Position numbers and translations under genes: made by a program. Positions 38,290 to 51,699 of a DNA stretch of 64,000 nt are shown here, one piece after another. The stretch covers positions 76,818,001-76,882,000 of the forward strand of contig NC_043002.1 of the NCBI RefSeq assembly GCF_006345805.1, given 5' to 3'. The notes under the pieces are model-generated. The model ran no database searches. It saw only the letters and a list, made by a program, of their open reading frames with translations, and had not been told where the DNA came from. The stretch is from Octopus sinensis (lineage: Eukaryota). Each line of letters begins with the position of its first letter. Position 1 is the first letter of the stretch.

Positions 38290-38830
38290 GTGGTTTTTAT
38301 TCAAAATCCTAACCATCAGAGGCTTGCTTTCCTGATTCATCCAAACCAATGTTGTGGTCTTTCATGCTTGCAAAGCCTTTGACAACATCTAGCAAGAGAA
38401 CCTCTTGGCTCCGTTTGTCCATTTATGAGCCACCATCTGAGTCTCATTTCTTGGATCGGAAGTTCTTTTTCAAATATACCCCATCACTGTATCAACAGAA
38501 TACTCTGAATCCTACTACATCCCAGAAACTAGGCTCCCATTTCAAGAACACAAACTATTTCATCTCTTCATTGTTGTTGATCATTAATGAGGCCCAATTA
38601 CATTTTATATTAGAGCAGTACTACTCACATATCTGTGGTGGTACAGCTGCCTTACACATATAAAACATTTATAAAACATTGAAAAAAAAAAGAACTGACC
38701 AGATTATTACATAAACAGTCACTCACAAATATTCTAGAATCCTAAATCCAGCCAATATATAATGTCCTCCCTCTATCCTCTGAATTGGCAAACTATGTGA
38801 CTCCCACACACATTCTCACCTTATTTGTCA
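38290..38830 (+). mobile_element. Very degenerate CR1/L2 reverse transcriptase fragment
   Basis: GCAAAGCCTTTGACAAC (KAFD motif), followed by degenerate RT-like sequence. Confidence 0.4.
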
Positions 38831-39039
38831 TCTACTCTTCTTACTATTGCTACTGTGCACCCCACACAGATTTTGCTGAAAGCTATTTTTCTTAACCTTT
38901 CATTCCCTCCTTGCATATTTCTTACAGACAACTTGTGAAAAACAAATATTAAACATCAACTTTATCAGCCTGAGAGAGAGCATGAATTGGTTATAGCTAT
39001 GGGTTTTGTTTGAATAAATAATAATGATAATAATAATAA

Positions 39040-39570
39040 TAATAAATGCCTTGATGCAGTACCAGGCAGTGGCTTTCATGGCTTCTGATTTTAACTGAGT
39101 GGAAGCTACAGCAAATATTCTGCTCAATACTACAGATTTGCTTGTCAGCTGTTTGACCGTAACCAGTTGAGCATGTCCCTTAGTGGCTGAGGATATGTGC
39201 ATCTCTGATCACAAGCAAAAGTAGTGGGTAAGCATCATAGCCATGTGTTGAGAGGATTTCTTTGAGGTTTAGATAATTTACCTCTGGAAACATGGGTGTT
39301 TTGTTCATCCTTAAACAACCCTTATTCAGGGACCTTTTGGGCAGGATGGGCTACTCAGCCTGGAGGAAATTCTAATGGGGTCTCACCTGCAAGGTCATGC
39401 CCTGTTTATCTTGACATGAAATCACCATGTCGTGCACATATGGTTGTGATGTATGTGCCTAATGTGCCCTTATCAGACAGGTAGTCATGACGGGTGTACT
39501 AGGCTTTGTATATTTTACCCCAGTGTCACTTTGATGGCATGCACTGCTCTCTCATTCAATAAAAAATAAT
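39040..39570. repeat. Interspersed repeat bounded by (AAT)n tracts, class not determined
   Basis: GC-richer ~530-bp block between two (AAT)n runs. Confidence 0.4.
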
Positions 39571-39714
39571 AATAATAATAATAATGATGATGATGATGGT
39601 CACTCCCGTCGATTTCAACATATGAATGTTTGAAGGAGAGGATTTAAAGAAAAAAAGTGAGAAAAAGAGGAAAAAACTTTTAAAAATAAAAGAGCAAAAA
39701 AGTGCAGCTACTTG

Positions 39715-39990
39715 CAATGGATGCATGCATATAATCCGAGTTCCTGCCCTATTCACCAGATTTAGGACCTGCAGACTTCCATCTCTTCCCCAAGATGAGA
39801 ATGCAGCTCAAAGGTTGCCATTTTAACACTGTTGTCAAGATCCAGAGTGAATCACAGAAGGTCCTCGTTTTGCTTACAGAAAATGACTTCTAGGCTGGAT
39901 TCCAAAGGTAGCAGGAATGCTGGGACTGGTGTATTGCTGTGCAAGGTAACTATTTTGAAGGGGGTGATGTTAAAACTTAGGTTGTATCTT
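39715..39990 (+). mobile_element. Mariner transposase C-terminal fragment
   Basis: PYSPDLGPADFHLFPKMRMQLKGCHF..ECWDWCIAVQGNYFEGG. Confidence 0.85.
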
Positions 39991-39999
39991 TTGCCTGTC

Positions 40000-40214
40000 T
40001 TTTAACTTTTACATGTTTCAGTCATTAGACTGTGGTCATGCTGGGACACTGCCTTGAATTTTTAGTCAAATGGATCAACCCCAGTACTTATTTTATCAGT
40101 CCTGTACTTATTCTATCGGTCCCTTTTGCTGAACTGGTAAGTAACAGGGATGTAAACACACCAACACCGGTTGTTAAGTGGTGATGGGGGACAAACACAG
40201 ACAGACACACATAG

Positions 40215-40254
<40 letters not shown>

Positions 40255-40645
40255 GTATATATACCTGTGCCAGTGACATGTAAATGCACCCTGGTGTCAA
40301 ACAAATGGTACCCCATGCTGGTGGCACATAAAAGCACCCATTACACTCTCAGAGTGGTTGGCATTACGAAGGGCGTCCAGCCATAGAAACCATGCCAAAT
40401 CAGCCTGGAGTCTGGTGCAGCCTTCCACTGTGCCACCCCGGTCAAACTGTCTAACCCATGCCAGCGTGGGCAATGGATGTTAAATGATGATGATTATGAT
40501 TATACATGGTGGGCTTCATTCAGTTTCCATCTACCAAATCCATTCACAAGGCTTTGGTTGGCCCAAGGCTAGTAGAAGACACTTGCCCAAGGTGCCATGC
40601 ACCATGTGCCCTGGAACCATGTGGTTGGGAAGCAAGCTTCTTACC
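40000..40645 (-). mobile_element. SINE A split by a plus-strand SINE C (~40260-40495) inserted in its central microsatellite
   Basis: A tail at 40000-40250, C body at 40260-40495, A head at 40505-40645. Confidence 0.8.
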
Positions 40646-41194
40646 ATACAGCCACTCTTGTGCCTAATAAGTTATTTTTTTATTAGATATAACTAGTCTG
40701 GAACCTCTTGATGCCACATCATATCTGGCACTTTGGGTATTTTTAGCAGAGTTCAGACCTTTGCAAGGTTCCAATCTGGGGATATCTCTCTCCTTCCCAC
40801 CAGTTTTGAAGGTCACAGGCACTGTCTTTCTTTTTGAGTAAAAGATATATTTTTAAAAAATACACCTATTTCCTTGACCTCATTTTTTAAGTATTTCATT
40901 TTATTCATTTTCTTCTGCTAAAAATGGGGCCACTTAACTCTGAAGTCAGTTTTACAAATTGCCAAAAGTTGTTTTATAGTTACTATTACTCAGCTATGAA
41001 GGAACTACTTTTTTAAATAGGAAGATTAATGCAAATAAGGTGCCTCACTTTAAAGAAATAATGTAATACATTGACAAATTTCAGACATTGCTCTATGTCC
41101 AATAATCTTGGAGTCTAATTACTCAGGACATTTTCTCTGTTTTATTAGTTTTATTCAAAACAAAGATTATAGTTGTTATGTCTTTCACTTATCT

Positions 41195-41390
41195 TCCTTT
41201 ACTATAAACAGTTATCTTCCTTTGTTATTAACATCTTTCTTTACTGTAAACATTTTCCTCTGCTATAAACAATTGTTTTTCTCTACTGTAAACCACCTCT
41301 TTACTGTAAACCATTTCTTTACTGTAAACAATTTCTTTACTGTAAACAATTATCTTTTTTTTTACTGTAGACTATAAACAATTATCTTCC
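41195..41390 (+). repeat. ~18-bp minisatellite TTTACTGTAAACAATTTC, about 8 units
   Basis: ACT(G/A)TAAAC at 41201, 41243, 41285, 41303, 41321, 41339 and 41371. Confidence 0.8.
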
Positions 41391-42227
41391 TTCATTAAAA
41401 ATATTTAACTTTCTTTAATGAAAATAATAATTTTTATTTTATTACATATTTAACATGTGTGTATAAGATACATATATGAAACAAAACTACATTAAAATAC
41501 AAATCCAAAATCAAAGAAAAACAAGCATGAGTGAAGAAAGAAAAAAGAAGTATGAAAGAAGAAAAAGAAGAAAGAAGAAAAAGAAAAGAACATTAATTCA
41601 ACACTAAATGCCTCAATTGGATGCACACCACAAGGTTCCGCGGAACCTACTGAAGCAAACCAACAGACTTGCAGCATTACTATGGGTGATGGCAAGGATA
41701 AAACATTGGAACTGTCCAGCACCCTCATGGGCATCACCTGATACCTCAGTAAGATGAGTTACCAATGATGACTGTTGTTGTTGTTGTTAAGGAACAAGAT
41801 GGGTATGGGTGATTAGGTGATGGTCTAGGGCTTAGGGGCAGGAGACCCCAGACCTTGGAAAAAAAACAAAACTTTGGTCGTCTTGTTGTAGTTGAGGGCT
41901 CTTCATTGACACCCGACACCACTGGGAGGTGGCCCTCGAAGTCGCTGGAAATGGAGATCTCCAGGACCAAATTCTTGAATAGCCCAATGATGACTAGAAC
42001 TTTGCTGTTAGTGGCTCATCCCCTCTAAACATCTCAAATACTACTGGCTGGAAGAAATATTTCACAGAGACATTTTTTTTTCTTTCTTTAGTATTTATTT
42101 ATCTTTTCATGAACCTTAGTGTTCCATGAAACTAAAACATAATTCTGGATTTTGAAGTGTTAAGCTGCTGAGCAACATTTCCCTTCCTTGTCTTCTGCTA
42201 GTTGTTACTGTTACCCAACCTCTTTAT

Positions 42228-42645
42228 TCTTTACTCTTTTACTTGTTTCAGTCATTTGACTGCGGCTATGCTGGAGCACCGCCTTTAGTCGAGGAAATCG
42301 ACCCCAGGACTTATTCTTTGTAAGCCTAGTACTTATTCTATCGGTCTCTTTTGCCGAACCGCTAAGTTATGGGGATGTTAACACACCAGCATTGTTTGTC
42401 AAGTGATGTTGGGGGGACAAACACAGATGCACTAACACAGATGCACTAACACATACACACGCATATATATACATATACACATATACGACGGGCTTCTTTC
42501 AGTTTCCGTCTACCAAATCCACTCACAAGGCTTTGGTCGGCCCAAGACTATTGTAGAAGACACTTGCCCAAGGTGCCATGCAGTGGGACTGAACCCGGAA
42601 CCATGTGGTTGGTAAGCAAGCTACTTACCACATAGCCACTCCTGA
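42228..42645 (-). mobile_element. SINE family A, full length, youngest-looking copy
   Basis: Retains CpGs (GCCGAACCGCTAAG, TACGACGGGC, TCCGTC). Confidence 0.92.
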
Positions 42646-43194
42646 AGGTGTTAGGTTGTAATATGAGAGAGAGATTTAGATGCTATTTCTCTGAACTCGA
42701 GCAATCACATAAAATCTCCACCAGAAAGTAACATCATCAGGTGAACTTAGACATTTAGAATAAAATACCTGCTCTGAAATGTATTTCTACAAAATTCAAT
42801 TTTGTGCTGTAGACATGTTCTTGTGACATTTGAGCCAGTATTCCAATACTTTAAGCATTAAGCTAATTTGCTTATTAAGACAAATATTGAAATTATAACT
42901 GACTTTCTGTAGTTGTATTCCAATTGACATAAATTCTTTCTCCAATGCTAAGCTGATAGAATTTAAAAAGAAAAGCAATCTATGTATTAGTCATTCTTAA
43001 CAGGACTTTCTTCTATAATATTCAACAATGTACAGACGGTACATTTTTTTATTGTCCACCTCTCACATCATTACATTAATCAGCATCATCACAATCATCA
43101 TCTGTTATGATCACACTTTTAATTCGTTACTCTCGATGTTGTTACTACTACTATCTCTCACACATTTGCTGCTAAAGCCATCATCACCTTTTCC

Positions 43195-43400
43195 ACTATT
43201 TTATCTCCTCCTCCTCCTCCTCCTCCTCATCATCATCATCATCATCATCATCACCATCATTGCCGCCGCTGCCACCACCACCACCCCACCCTCTACTACC
43301 ATCACCCACCATCACCACCACCACTATCATCGTCGTCATCATCACCATTATCATCGTCATCATCATCACTACCACCACAACCACCACCATCATCATCATT
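43195..43400. repeat. Compound (CCT)/(CAT)/(CAC)n trinucleotide repeat
   Basis: Directly visible. Confidence 0.95.
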
Positions 43401-43522
43401 GTTAATTTTCTAAGCCAGCAGCTTGATTTCCATTGGTTTCATGAAGTAAGAAATTACTTTTATTTTATTTATTCTTTTCAACCATTCATTTCCAATAAGG
43501 ATATTTCATTCACATGGAAAAT

Positions 43523-43567
<45 letters not shown>

Positions 43568-43639
43568 ATGTATGTTTTTTTTTGACACTCTCTCACCCCC
43601 ACCCACCCACCATTCCATCCATCTTAGCCTACAGCTGCT

Positions 43640-43840
43640 ATACCTGTCGAACAGTTTTGTACCTCCCAGCAAAGTCTTTGTCAGTGAATGACAGTTTCAT
43701 TGATTGGACCGGATTTGGTTTTTACACCAGCCTCAATCACTTGGCTATATATGACAAATACAGTCTGTTGAGTTTCTGTAGTAATGCCAATCTCTATACA
43801 GCCATATTTCCTGATAACATTTTTATGTTTGCTTCTACTT
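43640..43840 (+). mobile_element. Possible piggyBac transposase relic
   Basis: YLPAKSLSVNDSFIDWTGFGF..YDK..LSFCSNANLY resembles YxPxxxLSVDESxIxWxGRLxF..YGIK..LCxSxxGY. Confidence 0.35.
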
Positions 43841-44119
43841 AGAGTTGTTTTTTTTTTATAGTCGTAATAACTACCTTAAAATCACTTACTTTCTCTTTAG
43901 AGTATTGTGTGACACAATAAGATAAGGGACATTTCTGTTTGTCTGAAAGAAAACACTGAAACACATATGTACTTGAATTTGTCGATGAATGATTAGCTGT
44001 ATTGATTTTTAGGGGTTTGAGGAAATTGGTGTTGTGATATTCATGCCTTTCTGTAAGGTGTCAGTGTGGTGAACAAAGTAGATACTCACAATGGGATCAA
44101 ATTCTCTTCAGAAAAATAT

Positions 44120-44196
<77 letters not shown>

Positions 44197-45644
44197 TGTG
44201 TGTGTGCATGTGTGTTGTGCGGTTTAGGTAAGCTTTGATTGAGAAGACTATGCCATCAGGTAGCTGGTTGAATAACTAGGAGTGACACATAGATCAGATC
44301 TATTGTTATAGATATAGCATGCTTCCTGCTAGCCGAAGACTATAGTGCACACCCTGGCAAGTAATGGTGAATCATGTAGAGTGCAGTGTGACATTCTGGA
44401 CAGGTTATACATATACACATGTGCATGTGTGCGTGTGCATGTGTATGCATGTGTGTATGAGAGAGAGTGAGAAAGAGAGACACAGAGATACTTCTACATT
44501 TTTCTTTGTTTATTTTTCATATATATATTTGCTATTAAATGACTATCGGCTTATTTAGTACCGTAAATAATGACATGAAAATATTTAAGATAATTTATAT
44601 CTAACAACTTCTGTTGAGAAGCCAGACTTCACTGTCATTGCTCTCCCTGGTTGCTTATGTATTAAATATACATTATAAGGCTACAAAAGAAATATAACAC
44701 AGGAAGAGTAGAAAACAAAAGAGCAAACAGATAAAAAAGAAATTTATTGGAAAAAGGTGTGGTACGTTTGTGTTGGATGGTTGCTAATGGTGTTTGGGAT
44801 GTGTTAGAATGAGTCATAGAACTGAATTTATTATTGTAATATTACTATTAATACTTCCTAGTATTGTTAACTTGGTAGTTACTAGTAGGATTAGTACTAA
44901 ACTAATGATTGAGATACTTCAATTTTTCTTTTTAAAAACAAGTTAAAATAGATTAAGGAAAACTCAATGTTAATTGTTCTAATTTAATTGAGTTACTTAA
45001 TCTCTGCCACCCACATACTTCTGTAACACGTGGCAATCTGTGTGATTGTTCTAGAAAAATAATGAAGCATCTTAGTAAGAAATAACTCAAGATACTTTAC
45101 ACCGAACTAACTGACAGCTGCTTTGTTATAAGAATTACCAAGGCAAAGATGTACTGGAGCAATTTTCTTTCCTGTTGAACAGACCTATTTAGGACAACGC
45201 CCAGCTTCTCATTGCTACTAAGAATGAGGTCTATTACAAATGATGGCTGATCTTGAATTGGCAGAAAATAGCAATGAATTCTTGAGAAATTGAATAGAAT
45301 AAAAAAAGAATATATATATACGGTTCATGAAGGAAGAGACTTGTTACTAGAGAAATATAATTGTGTCAATTTCAAATATTGATTACCTGAAATTGTCTTT
45401 GCCTTTTACGTTTTAGCTGGTTTTCTTTTTTATTTTTTAAATTTCATATCACAGTTGAAGAACAAAAGTCATTACTTATAGGTTTTCATCTTAGTCAATC
45501 ACTGGTTTACTACATTTCTGACTTCTAAAGTGATAAGGGAGTGCCTGTAATTTGATACAAACACCACAAGGGACTTAATTTGCAAAGCACTAGTATTTAT
45601 GCTTTTCTTAAGAAATTTATATCTTTCATGGATATACATTATGG

Positions 45645-46400
45645 AAAGGTGGTGAGCAGGAAGAAATGTTAGCGTGCCGGGAGAAATACTTAGTGGTATT
45701 TCGTCTATCTTTACATTCTGAGTTCAAATTCTGCCGAGGTTGACTTTACCTTTCATCCTTTTGGGGGTCAATAAATTAAATACCAGTTGTGTACTGGGGT
45801 TGATCTAATTGACTGGCTCCCTTCCTCAAAATTTCGGGCCTTGTGCCTAGAGTAGAAAAGAATAATCATAGCTTGAAAGGCAGCAAGCTGGCAGAAACAG
45901 CGTGCTAAGTGAAATCATCATCATCATCATCATCATTGTTTAACGTCCGTTCTCCATGCTAGCATGGGTTGGATGGTTTGACCGGGGATCTGGGAAGCCA
46001 GAAGGCTGCACCAGGCTCCAGTCTTATCTGGCAATGTTTCTACAGCTGGATGCCCTTCCTAACGCCAACCACTCCGTGAGTGTAGTGGGTGCTTTTTACG
46101 TGCCACCTGCACAGGTGCCAGGCGAAGCTGGCAACGGCCATGGTCGGATTGGTGTATTTTATGTGCCACCGGCACGGAAGCCAGTTGAGGCGGCGCTGGC
46201 ATCGGCCACGAGTCGGATAGTGCTTTTTACGTACCACCAGACCAGGGATCTAGCAATATTTCGACTATCTTTACATTCTGAGTTCAAATTCCGCCAAGGT
46301 CGACTTTGCCTTTCATCCTTTTGGGGGTCAATAAATTAAGTACCAGTTGCATGCTGGAGTCGATTTAATCAACTGGCCCCCTCCCTAAAAGTTTGGGGCC
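45645..46400. mobile_element. Cluster: plus SINE B, then a second SINE B interrupted by a minus SINE C (~45915-46250)
   Basis: Family motifs as above. Confidence 0.8.
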
Positions 46401-46670
46401 TTGTACCTAGAGTAGAAAAGGATATACATTATGTAGACATGTGGCCAAGTGGCTAGGGTGCTGGATTCATGATTGTAAGATTGTGGTTTCAATTCCTGAG
46501 CTATGTGATATATTGTGTTCTTGAGCAAAACACTTCATTTCACATTGCTCAAGTACATTCAGCTGGCAAAAATGAGTAATCCTGCAACAGTCTGCCATGA
46601 AAGCTGGGAAACCAGCCCTTATAGGGGGCGATCCTTTTATATACATCAGTGAAAGATATTCACACACACA

Positions 46671-46723
<53 letters not shown>

Positions 46724-47084
46724 ACGCGTACACTCATATATGCACTCAACAGGCATAATTTCTGTCAACCAAATTCCACTCACCATTTCCATCTTACCCT
46801 ATTTACCTCCCATTCACCTTTTGAAATTTCATAAATTTACCCACCCACTCACTCTTTTCAATCCCCAGTCCACTTTACTATATACACCTCACTGTAACCT
46901 AGGAGTAAACTCATCACATCTTCACCATTCTCTCTCTCTCTCTCTTTCCTTTCTCTCTTTCTCTCTCTCTCTTTCTCCTCTCTTTCTCCAATCTCCACCT
47001 GAGGTTGCCATGCTTCTCCTTTTCTGCAAGTCCCTCTCTAGTACTCCTCTCTTCATTGAGGGCTATCGTCCTGCAAGTTACTTG

Positions 47085-47500
47085 GTAACCTCACTGCTGC
47101 TGGTGCCACATAAAAAGCACTTCATACAATCTGTAAAGTGGTGGTAGTAGAAGGAAGGGCATCCAGCCATAGAAACCATGCCAAAGCAGATATTAGAACT
47201 TGGTGCAGTTTCACCAGTTCCTATCAAACTGCCCAGCCTGTGCCAGCATTGAAATGGACATTAAATGATGATGATGATGACAACGATGGTGGTGGGTTTG
47301 ATAGTGTTGGTGATGATGGTGATGACAGTTATGATGATGATTGTAAGGATGATGACAATGACGACAATGGTGACAATGATAATGGTGATGATAACGAAGA
47401 TGATGATGATGATGATAATGATGACGACATCAATGATGATGGTGATGATAATGATGATGACAAAAATGTCAACGATGATGATGATGATGAAGACGACGAC
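47085..47500 (+). mobile_element. SINE C with a ~240-bp expanded imperfect (GAT/GAC)n tail
   Basis: GGAAGGGCATCCAGCCATAGAAACC..TTAAATGATGATG, then the repeat expansion. Confidence 0.8.
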
Positions 47501-47524
47501 AATGAAAGTATTGGTTTATCTGAG

Positions 47525-47926
47525 GTTGTAGTAAAAACCACTTGGCCAAGGAACTTTGCACTGGAATAAAACCCATAAGCATGTGGTTGCAAACTTCTTG
47601 ACTGTGCAACCATTCTGTAAGATTTTTTTGAGGTTTTTTTTTTACAGAAATAGGCATGGCTATGTATTAAGAAGTTTGTTGCCTTAACCAAAAGGTTCCG
47701 GTTCCAGACTCAGTCCCACTGTGTGGCACCTTGGGTAAGGGTCTTCAATTATAGCCTGGGCTGACAAAAGCCTTCTGAGCAGATTTTGTGTGTGTGTGTG
47801 TGTGTGTACGCATGTGTATACATGTGTGTGTGTACATGTGTGTCAAGTGTTTTCTATTATAGCCTCAGGCCAACCAACACCTTGTGAGTGGAGTTAGTAG
47901 ATGGAAACTGAAAGAAGCCTGTCGTA

Positions 47927-47962
<36 letters not shown>

Positions 47963-48175
47963 TGTATGTATGTATGTATGTATGTATGTATGTATTTGTG
48001 TGTCTGTGTTTGTTCCCCCACTATCACTTAACAACCAATGTTGGTGTGTTTACATTCCCATAATTTAGCAGCTCAACAAAAGGGACCGATATAATAAGTC
48101 CTGGGGCTAATTTGTTTGACTAAAGGCAATGCTCCAGCATGGCTGCAGCCAAATGACTGAAACAAGTAAAAAAAA
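47525..48175 (+). mobile_element. Composite SINE A copies with microsatellites
   Basis: Repeated head fragments followed by one tail ending CAAGTAAAAAA. Confidence 0.7.
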
Positions 48176-48494
48176 AAAAATACTGCCTAGTATATTACAG
48201 CTGGATTCCATTTTATATTTATTATTCTGTGATATGTGAATAATATTTTTATTTTCAAGTTTAATTGAATCAGACAAGTAGAATCATAAGCCTTGTATTA
48301 GAACAAGGTATTTTCACAGGAGGTTTGAGTTTGTGATTTATACAAAACAAATTCATATGTGAGGTGGCAAAAATTTGAATCACTTTTAATAATTTCAAAG
48401 TCTATATAACTGTTCACCTGAACACTAGATATATAAACTAAGATCTTCTGAGCAAACATTCATAACAGATATTTAACTATGTATGTGGAAAATA

Positions 48495-48812
48495 CTTTTG
48501 GAAGAACTTAATACTATGACAGTGTATGAGATGTATTAAAATGATAAACAATAAACATTGCCCTTTTCAAGCTTAGCCAGGCTCATGGGCCTGGTTTCCC
48601 AGTTTCTGTGGCGTATGTGCTCCCCCTAGCTGGACAGGACACCAGTCCATCGCAGCATTACTCAAGGAACAGGAAGAGAGAGTGAGCCTCGTGGAGCTTT
48701 TAGGTGTTTTAAAATCAATAAACACACACAACGCCTGGTCTGGGAATCGAAACCACGATCCTCCAACCGCATGTCCGCTGCCCTAACCACTGGGCCATTG
48801 CACCTCCACTAA
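48495..48812 (-). mobile_element. SINE family E
   Basis: GGGAATCGAAACCACGATCC and CTAACCACTGGGCCAT are the reverse-complement B and A boxes. Confidence 0.75.
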
Positions 48813-50159
48813 GAGATGTATTGCTTCAAGATAATTGGATAGTTTTATTTAACCATTGAAAATCTATTCAATACTATTTCCATTCAATACTTCTTAAATA
48901 TATATACATTACATTCATTAATATCACAGCTATGGCTCCATCATTTCAAATTAATTTACACATTTCTTTGTTCTTTTCTCTCAGTATTTTATGTTAGACA
49001 TTTTGTGTTGGACAAAGATTCAGTGCAGCAGAGTAGAAAATTTATATTTGGTGATGGTGCCAGTGTTGGTATAAACACAATATTCTATAGAGCTGAACTG
49101 CTGTTGTTTATAACAAAGAGATTCTCTCTGAGATACTCTCTGTCTTTTACTGTCTGTTCAGACATAGTGCTGGTCATATGATGGTTTCCTATAAGAAATT
49201 TAATAGCTGGAGCTGAAATGTAAGCAGTGAAGGAGAAGGAGAAAGAAATGAAATGAGTATTATCTTCTTTAGATCAACTACAGGTACATCAACTCACAAC
49301 GAAGTAAGCAGCTGATAAGTATTTAGTATTGGATGTTCCTTGTGATTTAAAAGGCTCATATGTTCTGGAGATTTCATGAGAAAGGATTAAAGTAAAATTG
49401 AATAAAATGATTGTAGATGGAAACCACAGTTGACATAAAATAATTAGGAAGTAGTTGGTTTTAGAATAATATACAAACTAAGGCTAAGAGAGAATGAAGT
49501 CAAAAATAAGGATGATCTAACAGATTTTTTCTGTTGATATAAGAATAGAAAAATACAAATAAATATTTCTCACTACAAAGAGAATGCAATTTTGTTCTGT
49601 CTCATTACATTTGTACTTTGATAATTGGTCTTGCCAACTATATCTAATAGAAAATAACAATTTGTTAGATATTTATTTATTTATTTAAAAGAAAATTAAC
49701 TTACATTGTTTAAAAATGTAAATTATTGATGTAATCATTTTACTTTCATTAATATCTTTTGTCTCGAGGATTAGAAACAACTCTAAAAAAAAAAGAAACT
49801 AAGTATAATAAATACTATTTATAACACAAATAGTTTTATTTAATCATTGAAATAATATTCAATACTATTTCCACCCAATAGTTCTCAAATATATATAAAT
49901 TACTTACATTACATCACAAATTGTATTGCTTCATCATTTTAATTTAATTTACACAGTTCTTTGTTCTTCCAACTCAGAAATTTTTGCATCAGACAAAGGT
50001 TTGTTTGTGCTATAATAACTAAAATGTTTGACTCACTCCTCATGCTCCTTCCCCTCTTTTTCATTCTCCTTCTTATTGTTGTTTGTTCCTTTAAAATTTG
50101 GTATAAACTACTCTCTTTAGGAAAAAAAATTGATGAGTAAAGGAGTTTATTATTTACTA

Positions 50160-50332
50160 TAGGAGTGGCTGTGTGGTAAGTAGCTTGCTTACCAACCACA
50201 TGGTTCCGGATTCAGTCCCACTGCATGGCACCTTGGGCAAGTGTCTTTTACTATAGCCTCGGGCTGACCAAAGCCTTTTGAGTGGATTTGGAAGATGGAA
50301 ATTGAAAGAAGCCCATCGTATATATGTATATG

Positions 50333-50377
<45 letters not shown>

Positions 50378-50590
50378 CTGTGTCTGTCTCCTCAACATCG
50401 CTTGACAACCGATGCTGGTGTGTTTACATCCCTGTAACTTAGCAGTTCAGCAAAAGAGACCGATAGAATAAGTCCTAGGCTTACAAAGAATAAGTCCTGG
50501 GGTCGATTTGCTCGACTAAAGGCGATGCTCCAGCATGGCCGCCATCAAATGACTGAAACAAGTAAAAGAGAAAAAGAGTAAAAGAGTACC
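50160..50590 (+). mobile_element. SINE family A, full length
   Basis: GGAGTGGCTGTGTGGTAAG..CAAGTAAAAGAG. Confidence 0.92.
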
Positions 50591-51252
50591 ATTGTCTTTC
50601 TTTTCAAATGAGTAGTTGCATTATGTGAGTAGTTGCAACAGGAAAGTGGATAAGATAATATCAGCCTTATAAGTTTAAGCTTATAGTATGTTATACGCAG
50701 GTGCACTACAACTTGCCAGGAAAAAGTAAGAGAGGGGATAGAAAGCTCAATAAGTTATGTAAAGGAAGAGCAATGAATGCCAAAAGTATATGCACAGTAC
50801 ATAGAATAAAACACAAAAAGACAGAAAAAGGTACAGTAAAAGAGCTGTACAGAGGAAAGGGCACATTGTCACATCAAAAAACTCCAGGAAGCATGGAACT
50901 TTTGAAGGATGCAGTGTCCTGACAGTTAACAACTGATATATTGTTTATTTTGTGCTTTGGCAATTTTGAATGTCTTCATCACAACTGATGCTGTTTTCTT
51001 ATGTAAACTAATATTTTCAACCACCCTTTGTGTATCTCATTGAAACTAGATATCAAGGGAAGTTTAGTAATACACAGCTAATGCCATTATACATGTTACA
51101 TCTCAGGTTTAATCTTAGAGTTGCTGGTGATTTGGGCAAGCTGAAGTTCCGGGCTCTTATAAGTATAATTTTTGAGAAATTTTACAAGTAACTGCAAATG
51201 TAGTAATAAAGTATGCATTACAATTTATAAAATTAATGAATAAAATGTTTAT

Positions 51253-51660
51253 TTTACTCTTTTACTTGTTTCAGTCATTTGACTGTGGCCATGCTGGAGC
51301 ACCGCCTTTAGTCGAACAAATTGACCCCAGGACTTATTTTTTGTAAGCCTAGTACTTATTCTATTGGTCTCTTTTGCCAAACCGCTAAGTTATGGGGATG
51401 TAAACACACCAGCATCGGTTGTCAAGTGATGTTTGGGGGACAAACACAGACACACAAACATACACACACACATATATATATATATACACATATATATATG
51501 ACGGGCTTCTTTCAGTTTCCATCTTCCAAATCCACTCACAAGGCTTTGGTCAGCCCGAGGCTATAGTAGAAGACATTTGCCCAAGGTGCCATGCAGTGGG
51601 ACTGAACCCAGAACTATGTGGTTGGTAAGCAAGCTACTTACCACACAGCCACTCCTATGC
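51253..51660 (-). mobile_element. SINE family A, full length
   Basis: Head and tail motifs present. Confidence 0.92.
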
Positions 51661-51699
51661 TGATTTTGTTTATTATTTTCACATTTTTCTCCTATGTAG

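Noticed and set aside
43028-43526. His-rich, Pro/Thr-rich and acidic ORFs
   Set aside because: They come from a compound trinucleotide repeat with no flanking coding signal.
47138-47691. Asp-rich 143-aa, Met-rich and Ser-rich ORFs
   Set aside because: They come from the expanded (GAT)n tail of a SINE C copy.
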